The notes: a model not told the origin generated them from the sequence alone. A stretch of 32,000 bases of DNA from Propionibacterium ruminifibrarum (GCF_900289195.1 NZ_OMOH01000001.1:328706-360705), one strand, 5' to 3'. Shown: positions 1 through 11,582, counted from the first letter of the stretch. A program made the numbers and translations.

Positions 1-76
1 CGCTCAGGCGTCGTACCTGGGCCTCATCGACGGGCACGAACACGATCTGGCGTGTCTCACGGCGCTGGTCACTCAT
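1..76 (-). CDS. Hypothetical protein, N-terminal 25 codons only (MSDQRRETRQIVFVPVDEAQVRRLS...); continues past the window start
   Basis: ATG at 76-74 with a strong SD GAGGAGG (88-82) 5 nt upstream. The frame is open to the window edge. Too short for a family assignment. Confidence 0.4.
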   Translation of the reverse strand, partial: MSDQRRETRQIVFVPVDEAQVRRLS

Positions 77-156
77 TGGGGCCTCCTCGACCCGAAGTTT
101 TCCACACATCGTCCGGAGGCTGGCGCAGTGCCCGACTGGCCAGGCAGGCTTGACCC

Positions 157-630
157 ATGGCTGCCCCCACTCCCGCGACCGATGGGCACCGCACCATCTG
201 GCACTCCGAGGACGGCACGCTGCTCATCAGTGCAAGCCCTGCGCGTCCGCGGACGAACGCGCCCAGCCGGTCCAGCGCCGCGGCGGCATCACGGTTCGCG
301 CTCGCGCTCGCAGAGGTGCTGGCAGGTCGACGTCCCGCCGCCCAGCTCGCGCCCCTGAGCAGGCCGAGCACCATCAACGAACTCGTCCGCATCCAGGCTG
401 AGCGTCCCTTCACCGGCGCCCGGCTGCACTCCCTCCACATCGGCAATTCCGCCTCGGCCCGTTCAACCGAGGTCGTCGCCTGCTACGAGTGGCGCCCGGG
501 CGGAGGTCGTGGCGCCAGGCTCGTGTGCGTCGCCTATCAGATGAGGCGTACCGACAGCGGCTGGGTCTGCCGCGAACTGACGATCGGCGTCCCGAATCTC
601 GGGCGCGCCGATGCGCACCAGCCCCGGTGA
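157..630 (+). CDS. Rv3235-family conserved actinobacterial protein
   Basis: 157-aa ORF. The segment 'RFALALAEVLAGRRPAAQLAPL...' and the C-terminal 'W.CRELTIG' resemble the Rv3235 family that lies near secA1 in mycobacteria. Convergent with secA. Confidence 0.7.
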   Translation: MAAPTPATDGHRTIWHSEDGTLLISASPARPRTNAPSRSSAAAASRFALALAEVLAGRRPAAQLAPLSRPSTINELVRIQAERPFTGARLHSLHIGNSASARSTEVVACYEWRPGGGRGARLVCVAYQMRRTDSGWVCRELTIGVPNLGRADAHQPR

Positions 631-667
631 ACGGGCACCGGTTCCTGCTGTCGGCGGGCCAGGCGGT

Positions 668-3466
<2,799 letters not shown>

Positions 3467-3606
3467 GAGTCGGTTTCCTCTCGACAGTGCGTGGAGCCGC
3501 GCACACAAGCGCAACCATTCCCACCCATCTTATGCACGCCTGCCCCCACGGCCAGTGGGGAGCGACGCGGCACCGGCTGGGCCCGCGGGGACGCCGGCCC
3601 TTGAAC

Positions 3607-3647
3607 GAGCGCCGGCCCGGGCGCCGTCAGGGCCCGGGCCGGCGCTC
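3607..3647 (-). terminator. Perfect 16-bp GC stem-loop between hpf and secA (GAGCGCCGGCCCGGGC-N9-GCCCGGGCCGGCGCTC); no U-tract
   Basis: Read directly. Lies 27 nt downstream of the hpf stop. It lacks a T-run, so terminator function is uncertain. Confidence 0.4.
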
Positions 3648-3673
3648 AGTGACGCATCACGGCATCCGACGTG

Positions 3674-4270
3674 TCACTTCACATCGATGTGGATGACACC
3701 GTAGTTGTACGCCTTGCGGCGGTAGACCACGCTCGGTTGCCCGGTGGCCGCGTCCTGGAAGAGGAAGAAGTCGTGGCCGACCAGTTCCATCTCGTCCAGG
3801 GCCTGGGCGAGTGTCAGGGGCGGTGTCTCGAAGGTCTTCTCGCGGACGACCAGCGGGCCGTCACCCTCGACGGTCAGACCGGCGACCTGGCGCCTCTCCG
3901 GCTCGGGTTCCTCGGCGGGGGCCTGGGTCTCGGCAACGGGCAGGTCCTGGACGCGCAGTCCACGACGGTTCTTGCGGCGGTCCGCGGCTCGGCGCAACTG
4001 GGCACGCAACCTGTCGAGTGCCTTGTCGAAGGCGAGCATCTTCTCCTCGGCGCTGGCGCTCGCGCGGACGACCGGGCCCTTCGCGCGGAGCGTTATCTCG
4101 CATCGGACGGCGGAGGACGGGTCGCCCTTCGCATCCTGTGCGGTGAACTCGACCTCGGTGCGAATCACGCGATCACGCAGTTTCGAGATCGAATCCTCGA
4201 GTCGGCGGGCGACAACTTCGCGCGTGTCGTCATTGATGCTGCAGCGACGTCCGGTGACGATGACATCCAT
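3674..4270 (-). CDS. hpf: Ribosome hibernation-promoting factor, long form (HPF/RaiA)
   Basis: N-terminal S30AE/RaiA-like domain plus the C-terminal dimerisation domain 'HDFFLFQD...VVYRRKAYNYGVI'. The comF-hpf-secA order is conserved in actinobacteria. Confidence 0.93.
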   Translation of the reverse strand: MDVIVTGRRCSINDDTREVVARRLEDSISKLRDRVIRTEVEFTAQDAKGDPSSAVRCEITLRAKGPVVRASASAEEKMLAFDKALDRLRAQLRRAADRRKNRRGLRVQDLPVAETQAPAEEPEPERRQVAGLTVEGDGPLVVREKTFETPPLTLAQALDEMELVGHDFFLFQDAATGQPSVVYRRKAYNYGVIHIDVK

Positions 4271-4472
4271 GTCAGTACCCTTTCGGTTGCGGACTCAGTC
4301 CCGCCGGTCCAGGGCCCACACCACACCAGGACGGCCATGGCGCTGGCCCCGGGACGACGGTGGCACGGAACCCGCGATTCGCGACCTGAAGCCGGTCCTC
4401 ACCACCGCCCGTGCCATGCCCCAAAGCTACTCAGTTTCGTGACGGCGCGGGAGCGGACAAGCGGTATTCCCC

Positions 4473-5186
4473 CTATTTCTGTCGTGATTCCTGCAAGGGG
4501 GTTTGCGCAACGGCGGCGCAGCCGGCCACCTCGACTCCGGCCCGTTCCAGGACGCGCACCGCCTCGGCCATCGTGGCGCCGGTGGTGACCACGTCGTCGA
4601 GCACCACGACCGGCCCGCCGGGCCATGGCACCGCTGGTCGGGGGCGTCGGCTCATCGCCATGGTGCCCGTCTGCGCGGACCGTCTCTGCTCCGCGCCGAG
4701 GCCGATCTGGTCCGGTGCGGCCCCGGCACGGGCCAGTACCGGCCCGTGCCGGATGCCCGTCAGCCTCGTCACTGCCCTGGCCAGCGAGGAGGTGTGGTCG
4801 ATCCCCCGCTCGCGGGCCCGCCGCGGGTCCGAGGGCACGGGGACGAGGAGTGTTGCCGAGGGACTCAGCCCCGCTTCGCCGGTGGCCGCCAGCACGGCCC
4901 GGGCGGCCAGCTCCGCCAGGGGTCCGCGCAGTGTCCATGCGCCCCTGTCCTTGTAGGCGATGACGAGCATGCCTGCGACAGGCCGGTAGAACGCACCGGA
5001 CCAGACCGGTGGGGCGTCGGGCCCCAGCCCCGGCAGCGGGGCACGCCGCCTGATCGGTTCGGCCGGGAGCCTCCCGCGGCACACCCGGCACAACACGGCG
5101 CCTGGGGCGCCGCATGCCGCGCACTGGGAGCCGAGCAGCAGGTCCAGCCCGGCGTCGGCAAGCTCGGTCAGCCATCCGATCCGCAT
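4473..5186 (-). CDS. ComF-family protein (phosphoribosyltransferase domain)
   Basis: N-terminal Cys cluster 'CAACG...CRVCR' and PRTase motif 'VVVLDDVVTTGAT'. ATG 5186 is preferred over the TTG at 5201. Confidence 0.85.
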   Translation of the reverse strand: MRIGWLTELADAGLDLLLGSQCAACGAPGAVLCRVCRGRLPAEPIRRRAPLPGLGPDAPPVWSGAFYRPVAGMLVIAYKDRGAWTLRGPLAELAARAVLAATGEAGLSPSATLLVPVPSDPRRARERGIDHTSSLARAVTRLTGIRHGPVLARAGAAPDQIGLGAEQRRSAQTGTMAMSRRPRPAVPWPGGPVVVLDDVVTTGATMAEAVRVLERAGVEVAGCAAVAQTPLQESRQK

Positions 5187-5510
5187 GCCCTGATGGTGCA
5201 ACCGACTGAGCCGGTTCGATCAGATGCGCACAGGGCTCTTCTGCCCGATGAGTCGCCCACGTCGTGGCCGCGACACCGCCCCGGGGCACAGCCGTGCCGG
5301 CTCACCGCCGGGCGGGGTGACGGCGGCCACGGGACCCTGCCCTGCACGGGACCCCGCCCTGACCGCGGGCTCCGTCACCGTCGCCGCATCGAGCAGCGCA
5401 CCAGCTCTTCGGGCGCGCGGGCACCCGCGCCTGGCACGGATGTGCCGCGAGCAGGACCAACCGGTTCACCGGGCGTGGGGAGGGCCAGCCCAGCCCGCCG
5501 GCTGACCGGC

Positions 5511-6077
5511 CTAGTTCAGTTCCGGGGTCGCCGTGTAGGCACTCAGCAGAGCGGCCTGACTGCCCATGCGGCGCAGCACCCTGCGCCACAGGTCATCGGT
5601 GTCGGCGCCGAAGATCTCCTCCTCGCGGGGCGTCGTGCGCAGCCAGGCGCCCTGACGGATCTCTCCCTCAAGCTGGCCCGGCTCCCAGCCGCTGTAGCCG
5701 GCGAAGACCCGCACGTCCGAGAAGGCACCGACGGCGAGCTCGACCGGGGTGTCGAGGTGGAGCACGCCGATGTCACCGGTGATGCGCCGCCAGCCGAGCG
5801 GGTCCTCCCCGGGGTTGAGCACCTTGGCCAGGCACAAGGCGCCGTTGGGCAGCACGGGGCCACCGGCGAAGAGCACCTGCGGCGGGTTGAGCTGGGCCTC
5901 CCAGTCGGGCAGCACCTGCGAGACGGGCATCTGGGACGGCTTGTTCAGCGCGACGCCGACGGCGCCGTCCGCGTCCGACTCGAGCAGCAGGATGACCGAC
6001 TGGTCGAAGAAACCGGCCCCAACAGGGTGGGTGCTCACCAGGAGTTCTCCCCCACTGACGTGCTGCTGACTGGTCAC
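5511..6077 (-). CDS. YqgE/AlgH-family protein (UPF0301)
   Basis: 'FDQSVILLLE...VFAGYSGWEPGQLEGEI' is typical of UPF0301. The upstream part of the 390-aa ORF (to 6683) overlaps the BCCT gene and is discarded. GTG 6077 is chosen as the start. Confidence 0.85.
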   Translation of the reverse strand: MTSQQHVSGGELLVSTHPVGAGFFDQSVILLLESDADGAVGVALNKPSQMPVSQVLPDWEAQLNPPQVLFAGGPVLPNGALCLAKVLNPGEDPLGWRRITGDIGVLHLDTPVELAVGAFSDVRVFAGYSGWEPGQLEGEIRQGAWLRTTPREEEIFGADTDDLWRRVLRRMGSQAALLSAYTATPELN

Positions 6078-6219
6078 AAGTCCAGTCTGACACGCCGGTC
6101 CAGGCCACGCCCGGCTATCAGCATATGGATCGGGAAAGACCCGGGACAGGGGGAATTGGGTAGGTTGGGAAGCATGTCCGCGGGTGTATGTGCACCTGCT
6201 GTGAGAGAACGGAGACCGT

Positions 6220-8094
6220 GTGGCGAGCGAGAACCAGGCGCCTGAGGGCGCCGACATAACTGACATAACAGCCGAATCCGTCACCGAATCCATGTCGGCG
6301 ACCGAGCAGTTGTCCGCACTGCTGGAGGCGGGCGAGCCGGCCCCTGCCGACGAGTCCATCGAACTGGCCGCCGACAATGACAGCGCACCGATCGACTGGT
6401 GGGTGGTCGCCCCGGCCATGGTGGTGGTTGCCGGCATCGTGGTGTGGGGTCTTGCATCGAAGAGCACCTTCAAGGCCTTCGCAGACACCGCCCTGGCCTT
6501 CATCGTGGAGAACTTCGGGTGGGCATTCATCCTGTGCGGCACCGTCGCGGTGTTCTTCGTCGTCGTTGTCGCCATGTCGAACTTCGGCAGGATCCGGCTG
6601 GGTGCCGACGGCGAGGAGCCGGAGTTCCGGACCTCGAGCTGGATCGCCATGATGTTCGCCGCCGGCATGGGCATCGGGCTCATGTTCTACGGCGCCTCGG
6701 AACCGCTGACCTTCTACCGCGAGGGCGTGCCAGGCCACGACGAGCACGACGTCGGCACGGCGATGGCCACCGCCATGTTCCACTGGACCCTGCACCCATG
6801 GGCCATCTACGCGATCGTCGGCATGGCCATCGCGTACTCGACCTTCCGGGTGGGGCGCAAGCAGTTGATCTCCTCGACCTTCGTCCCGCTCATCGGCGAG
6901 AGGAGGGCCTCCGGCCCGCTCGGGCGCTTCATCGACATCCTGGCGGTCATCGCCACGATCTTCGGCACGGCATGCTCGCTGGGCATCGGCGCCACCCAGG
7001 TCAGCGCGGGCCTCCAGGCCTCGGGCATCATCGAGAATCCCAGCACCCTGACGGTCACGACCATCGTCGTCATCCTCACCCTCGCCTTCATCGTGTCGGC
7101 CATGTCCGGGGTGAGCCGCGGCATCCAGTACCTGTCCAACACCAACATGGTGCTCGCCGCGCTGCTGGCGATCTTCGTGTTCGTCCTCGGCCCCACGGTC
7201 GCCATCCTCGACCTCATCCCCTCCTCGATCGGCAGCTACCTGAACTCCTTCTTCGAGATGGCTGGCCGTAGCGCGATCTCGGCCGACGGCACCGCCGGCA
7301 GCTGGCTGAGCACGTGGACGATCTTCTACTGGGCCTGGTGGATCTCCTGGTCGCCGTTCGTCGGCATGTTCCTGGCCCGGATCTCCCGCGGCCGGACGAT
7401 CCGCCAGTTCTGCATCGGCGTGATGTTCGTGCCGGCCGGCCTGTCGACCGTGTGGTTCGCGATCTTCGGCGGCACCGCCATCCACTTCGAGCAGAGCGGC
7501 AACTCGATCTGGGGTGACGGGAACGCGGAGTCCCAGCTGTTCACGCTGCTCCACCAGATGCCGGGCGGCACGATCGCCGGCTATGTGGCGATGCTCCTGC
7601 TCGCCACGTTCTTCATCACCTCGGCGGACTCGGCCTCCACGGTCATGGGATCGATGTCGCAGAACGGGCTGGCGACGGCCAAACCCACCCTGTCCGCGGC
7701 ATGGGGCGCGCTGACCGCCCTCATCGGCCTGATGCTCCTGCTGTCCGGCGAGAGCAGCACCGACCGCAGTGCCTTGTCGAACCTGCAGAACGTGACGATC
7801 ATCGCCGCGAGCCCGTTCCTGGTCATCGTGATCGTTCTCATGTTCGCGCTGGTCAAGGGGCTGCGCAACGACACGATCTACATGGAGTACCGCGAGCACC
7901 AGCGCTTCGCACGCAAGCTGGCCCACGAGCGGCGTCTGCACCGTGAGGAGATGGAACGCAAGATCAGGGCGCGGCGCTACCGGGCAGCCGTGGCGGCGAT
8001 GACCCCGCGCCGCGAGCACGGGCAGCGCGGGGAGCAGAAGCACCGCGAGCAGAAGAGGGGCCACGACTCCACGGCCAGGCAGACCGACGGCTGA
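6220..8094 (+). CDS. BCCT-family betaine/carnitine/choline transporter, BetP-like
   Basis: BCCT signature '[32 protein letters not shown]'. GTG start with GGAGA 5 nt upstream. Acidic N-terminal and basic C-terminal extensions. Confidence 0.93.
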   Translation: MASENQAPEGADITDITAESVTESMSATEQLSALLEAGEPAPADESIELAADNDSAPIDWWVVAPAMVVVAGIVVWGLASKSTFKAFADTALAFIVENFGWAFILCGTVAVFFVVVVAMSNFGRIRLGADGEEPEFRTSSWIAMMFAAGMGIGLMFYGASEPLTFYREGVPGHDEHDVGTAMATAMFHWTLHPWAIYAIVGMAIAYSTFRVGRKQLISSTFVPLIGERRASGPLGRFIDILAVIATIFGTACSLGIGATQVSAGLQASGIIENPSTLTVTTIVVILTLAFIVSAMSGVSRGIQYLSNTNMVLAALLAIFVFVLGPTVAILDLIPSSIGSYLNSFFEMAGRSAISADGTAGSWLSTWTIFYWAWWISWSPFVGMFLARISRGRTIRQFCIGVMFVPAGLSTVWFAIFGGTAIHFEQSGNSIWGDGNAESQLFTLLHQMPGGTIAGYVAMLLLATFFITSADSASTVMGSMSQNGLATAKPTLSAAWGALTALIGLMLLLSGESSTDRSALSNLQNVTIIAASPFLVIVIVLMFALVKGLRNDTIYMEYREHQRFARKLAHERRLHREEMERKIRARRYRAAVAAMTPRREHGQRGEQKHREQKRGHDSTARQTDG

Positions 8095-8156
8095 CATCCC
8101 TGGCATGAACCGAACCGGGTGACCATGGCCCGAGGGCCTCTGGGCACCCCTTCCCA

Positions 8157-8196
8157 CGACTGTGCGGCGCCCCAAGGGGCGCCGCACAGTCGTTTT
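8157..8196 (+). terminator. Rho-independent terminator of the BCCT gene
   Basis: 17-bp perfect stem CGACTGTGCGGCGCCCC/GGGGCGCCGCACAGTCG with a tight AA loop, followed by TTTT (8193-8196). Lies 63 nt after the stop. Confidence 0.8.
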
Positions 8197-8199
8197 CAA

Positions 8200-8347
8200 C
8201 CGAGGAGGAACTGGCGAACGCGGTCAGGACGGTTTCGGCGTCACGGAGCATGGCCGCGACCGTCGGGAACGAGGCCTGCATGGAGGCAGTGACCTGGTGG
8301 TAGGTCTCACGGACCGCTTCCTCGCTGTCACCGACACCCATGCCCAG
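8200..8347 (-). pseudogene. IS256-family (mutator-type) transposase internal fragment, about 45 codons
   Basis: The translation 'DSEEAVRETYHQVTASMQASFPTVAAMLRDAETVLTAFA' matches the conserved '...FPKV..MLRDA..DLLAFA.FP' region of IS256/IS1081-type transposases. No N- or C-terminal parts and no IRs are present. Confidence 0.6.
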
Positions 8348-8350
8348 GAG

Positions 8351-8591
8351 TTAGGGCAGCAGATCCCAGTACTGCTTCCGTGCGGGCATGGCGTGAATGA
8401 CCAGTTCAGAGCCGCTTTCGAAGACCATCACGACGGTCTCCAGCAGCCGTGATTTGGTGTCAAATCCGAGTCGAAGCTCTTGGTGGGGCCAATCGTCGTC
8501 CTCGAGCGGTTCGAGCCATTGCGCCCAATAGGCGGCGTGGATGATGTCTTCGGGATCGAGGCCGTGTTTGAGCGCTGTCGTGCAGCTTCAT
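8351..8591 (-). pseudogene. Small toxin-like protein downstream of the RHH antitoxin; reading frame disrupted near codon 5
   Basis: A 78-codon open frame reads '...TALKHGLDPEDIIHAAYW...LRLGFDTKSRLLETVVMVFESGSELVIHAMPARKQYWDLLP*'. It has no start codon and lies in-frame directly behind the antitoxin TGA. An ATG overlapping that stop (ATGA, 8591-8588) is in a different frame and gives MKLHDSAQTRP... junk. Confidence 0.5.
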
Positions 8592-8833
8592 GCCACGTAC
8601 GCAGCCAGCGCCTGCCGGATGGCTTCCGAGCGAGACAGATGCCTGCCTTCAGCGATGGCGTCGAGGGCTGCGAGCTCATCTGCGGTCAGCCGCACCGCGA
8701 CGACCTGCATCGGCTCAGCACCACGCCCCGGGCGACCACGCCCACGTTTCTTCAGCTTCTCGACGTCGTAGCCGGCCTCGGCCTCAGCCACCCACGTCTG
8801 AATCTGCTCGTCGGTGACCTCGGTTTCCTTCAT
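8588..8833 (-). CDS. Ribbon-helix-helix (CopG/BrnA-like) antitoxin
   Basis: 'MKETEVTDEQIQTWVAEAEAGYDVEKLKKRGRGRPGRG...VVAVRLTADELAALDAIAEGRHLSRSEAIRQALAAY' has a C-terminal RHH. The internal ATG 8833 is preferred over the ORF-track start. Confidence 0.8.
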   Translation of the reverse strand: MKETEVTDEQIQTWVAEAEAGYDVEKLKKRGRGRPGRGAEPMQVVAVRLTADELAALDAIAEGRHLSRSEAIRQALAAYVA

Positions 8834-9058
8834 GCCAATATCGTAAACGAAAACTGCGGATTGGGCGAACAACCCGCATCATCACACCAATCTCGTCCGG
8901 ACGGGTAGCTCCGCCGCGTCCCCAAGAGGTGGTCCCCTTCACCTGTCTGCGCGAAGGGTTCGCCGGACGGGCGAAGACGATCTTGAACCGGTATCGGTTC
9001 CTGCTTCTGGAGACGTCCGGGAAGGGCCACCCGGAACTGTCTCCGGACAGCTCCGGCA

Positions 9059-10039
9059 TCAGTCGGGGACGCCACGCATGAGTCTGTCGATGATCGTCTG
9101 CGCCGGCTCGATGTCGTGGATCATGGAGATCCCGAGGCCGAAGGATGCGTATCCCTTCGTCAGGTCGCCGAACAGCATGCCGTCCCTCATGCCGAGATAG
9201 GCGTTCTGCGCCGCGTAGATCTCCTCCTCCGTTGCACCGTCCCTGCTCATCTTGAGCAGCCTGTTCGGAAGCTCGCCGGGCAGGGACCGGTAGTAGGCGG
9301 GAACGGTGCGGTACATGAGCAGGTCATCGGCGTCGGCCTCCAGTGCCATCGCCTTGATGTTGTCGGCGAGCGGTGACTCCTCTGCCATCATCAGCGCCGT
9401 CCCCACGTAGAGCCCTTCGGCGCCGAGCGCGAACGCGGCCCTGGCGGTGCGCTCATCGGCGATGCCCCCGGCCGCCATGACCGGCACCTTGCCCTCGGCC
9501 GCATCCACCACCAGGGGGACGATGGAGAAGGTGCCGACTACCTTGGTCGGGACCGTGCCGCCCTCGTCGAAACCCGTCGCGACGATCACGTCCGCGCCGC
9601 CGGCCACGGCTGCTCTCGTGCTCTCTGCGGACGGATCGAGGGCGCGGAACACGACCTTGATGCCGGCCTCCTTGAACCTCTTCGTCCATGCCTTGCTGAA
9701 ACCGCCGACCATGACCGCGACCGTCACGCCTTCCTCGACCATGAGGTCGAGCATCGGCCCGGTGAACGGATCGACGGCGGGATCGTCCGAGCTTGGGACG
9801 ATGTTCAGGCCGAACGGCTTGTCCGTGATCCCCTTGACCACGCGGATCTCACGCCGCATGTTCTCCACCGTCTCCTCAACGGTGAAGACCGGCTCCATCT
9901 GGCCGGCGTTGGTACCCAGCACGCCGAGCGCCCCGGCGGCACTCACGGCGCCGACGAATCTCCCATTCGTCAGCCAGTTCAACGGCCCCTGGATGATCGG
10001 CTTCTCGATTCCCAGGATCTCGCATATCCGGTTCGTCAT
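9059..10039 (-). CDS. Nitronate monooxygenase / FabK-like FMN oxidoreductase (NMO family)
   Basis: 'GIEKPIIQGPLNW' and 'AGGIADERTARAAFALGAEGLYVGTA' TIM-barrel FMN motifs. ATG 10039 with SD GAGGAG upstream. Confidence 0.9.
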   Translation of the reverse strand: MTNRICEILGIEKPIIQGPLNWLTNGRFVGAVSAAGALGVLGTNAGQMEPVFTVEETVENMRREIRVVKGITDKPFGLNIVPSSDDPAVDPFTGPMLDLMVEEGVTVAVMVGGFSKAWTKRFKEAGIKVVFRALDPSAESTRAAVAGGADVIVATGFDEGGTVPTKVVGTFSIVPLVVDAAEGKVPVMAAGGIADERTARAAFALGAEGLYVGTALMMAEESPLADNIKAMALEADADDLLMYRTVPAYYRSLPGELPNRLLKMSRDGATEEEIYAAQNAYLGMRDGMLFGDLTKGYASFGLGISMIHDIEPAQTIIDRLMRGVPD

Positions 10040-10257
10040 GATGGTGCTCCTCATCGTGCTCTCATCTGGCTGGCCTGCTCTTTTCAACGGCGCCGTGGAT
10101 CGGGACTCGATTCAACGACGCAGTGGGTGATCGAGGCCTTGAGACGGACGTGTCCGTTCTCATCGACGTCCTCATCGACGCGGACACGCCTCAGGCTACC
10201 CTTCGTCACCTGATGGTGGGCGCGCTGAGCCTGGCACGATGCCCTCGGGACGGCCAT

Positions 10258-10620
10258 TGTGACAGCAGGACCCCTTGTGTGGGCGTGAAAACCCCATCCG
10301 ACTGGACGGTATGGCGGTGGTCCTCATGATGGTCTCGACTTCGATGGGGCCAACCCGGCTTTGGCTCGTTGTCGGCGACGGCGGTGGTAGGTACTCTCGA
10401 TCCAGCTGATGATCGCCAGGCGGAGCTGTCATCTGTTGGTCCGGCGGCGGGTGTTGAGCGCGTTCATCTGCAACAGCGCGAAGGATGACTCCATCGCCGC
10501 GTTGTCGCCTGCAGCGCCGACACGGCCCATGGGCCCGACCAAGCCATGGCCCGAAGCACCACACCCCGAGTGTCACCGATCCCTGCAGCAGTCCCCACAG
10601 CACGAAAGACGGACTGCGTT
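10258..10620 (-). mobile_element. IS3-family element remnant: 3' part of the orfB transposase with an in-frame stop and a frameshift, plus a putative terminal TG...CA end
   Basis: The minus-strand translation 'GHGLVGPMGRVGAAGDNAAMESSFALLQMNALNTRRRTNR*QLRLAIISWIESTYHRRRRQRA' then shifts frame to '...GPIEVETIM'. This is the classic IS3 OrfB C-terminus ('SMGRVG..GDNAAMESFF...W.YN.RR...L....P.EFE'). The sequence ends ...CCTGCTGTCACA at 10258. Confidence 0.65.
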
Positions 10621-10633
10621 GCAGCGACATTCA

Positions 10634-11029
10634 TCAGACCTGCCAGCTGTCGTCGGCATTGCGCGAACGGGACCACGTCACCAGGGCCTCAGCCACCTCA
10701 GAGAGACCGGCGGAACCGCTTGCCACAGCGATGACCAGGTCGTAGGCGTCATCATCGGGCGCCTCGATCCACACTCCGTTGACGTCGAGGAAGACCAGTG
10801 TCGCCAGCCACCCCAAGCGCTCATTGCCATCGACCAGGGGATGGGTGTTCACCACCGAGTCCATCAGTGCGGCAGCCTTCAGTTCCAACGAGGGATAGGC
10901 CTCCTGCCCCCACAACGACGTCGTGGGCCGATGTGCCGCAGACTCCAGCAGCCCCAGATCCCGCACGGGCCCGACCCCAAGATCGTCAGTGAGCGCCCGG
11001 AGATCCTCGGCCGTGAGGAATTCCGTCAC
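10634..11029 (-). CDS. doc: Doc (death-on-curing) / Fic-fold toxin
   Basis: 131 aa with the Fic/Doc core 'HPLVDGNERLGW'. The GTG start overlaps the upstream antitoxin stop (GTGA). Confidence 0.88.
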   Translation of the reverse strand: MTEFLTAEDLRALTDDLGVGPVRDLGLLESAAHRPTTSLWGQEAYPSLELKAAALMDSVVNTHPLVDGNERLGWLATLVFLDVNGVWIEAPDDDAYDLVIAVASGSAGLSEVAEALVTWSRSRNADDSWQV

Positions 11030-11229
11030 CGGCCCAACCGCTCGATGACATCGGCGTAACGAGCCCGCACACGCTGTGACGCATCAGCGACCCGCGCCTC
11101 ATGCCCGCGGCGCCGGGCCACCTCATGGATGGCGCGGATCGTGGCCTCATGCTTGCTCACGCCGTCGGCCTCGGCGAGCAGCGCCAGAGCCCGCTTGTCG
11201 CGTTCGGAGAGTCGTAGTGTCATCGCCAT
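11026..11229 (-). CDS. Phd-type antitoxin with an N-terminal RHH
   Basis: 'MAMTLRLSERDKRALALLAEADGVSKHEATIRAIHE' (beta-strand plus two helices). Overlaps doc by 4 nt. The start is ATG 11229 or 11223. Confidence 0.8.
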   Translation of the reverse strand: MAMTLRLSERDKRALALLAEADGVSKHEATIRAIHEVARRRGHEARVADASQRVRARYADVIERLGR

Positions 11230-11326
11230 GATCCGATGATGCCGAAGTGATACCAGCGTCGTGGAGCCCCACCACCACTGATGGCGCATTACTCGTGACG
11301 CACACTTTTACGCACCTGCGGTGGTC

Positions 11327-11458
11327 ATGAAGACGCTCTGCTACACCGAGTCCCGCGCCGACTGCGCCCAAGTGCTCGACGGCCTCGTCAACAACCGAGA
11401 AGAAACCATCATCACGCGCGCGGGCCACGAGCCCGTCGTGATTGTCTCCCTCTCCGAA
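11327..11458 (+). pseudogene. Truncated Phd/YefM-family antitoxin (N-terminal 44 codons only), no toxin partner
   Basis: 'MKTLCYTESRADCAQVLDGLVNNREETIITRAGHEPVVIVSL' matches the YefM N-terminal domain. The expected '...YESL.ETAYLLRSP' C-terminus is missing. The ORF then runs as nonsense antisense into ssrA. Confidence 0.65.
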
Positions 11459-11582
11459 TCGCCGCCTGTCGGTACCATTACGGCCGATACCGATGACGAC
11501 TCAGAAGAGCGCAAGCCCCCTAGAACGCAACGATGGCGACCCCGCAAAAGGGCCGCCACATCGTCAACAGGATGCATCTGGT

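Noticed and set aside
8101-8118. Possible degenerate att copy of the tmRNA T-arm: TGGCATGAACCGAACCGG versus TGGCGGGAATCGAACCCG (14/18 identical), lying at the far edge of the putative ssrA island.
   Set aside because: The similarity is short and flanked by no further identity. It lies upstream of what looks like the native BCCT terminator. In GC-rich DNA a 14/18 match found by eye is not significant, so I keep it only as a note for a proper alignment.
10040-10257. Tandem CTCATCGACG decamer (10158-10167 and 10170-10179) between the NMO gene and the IS3 end.
   Set aside because: There are only two copies of a 10-mer and no other supporting structure, so it is likely chance or a remnant sequence.
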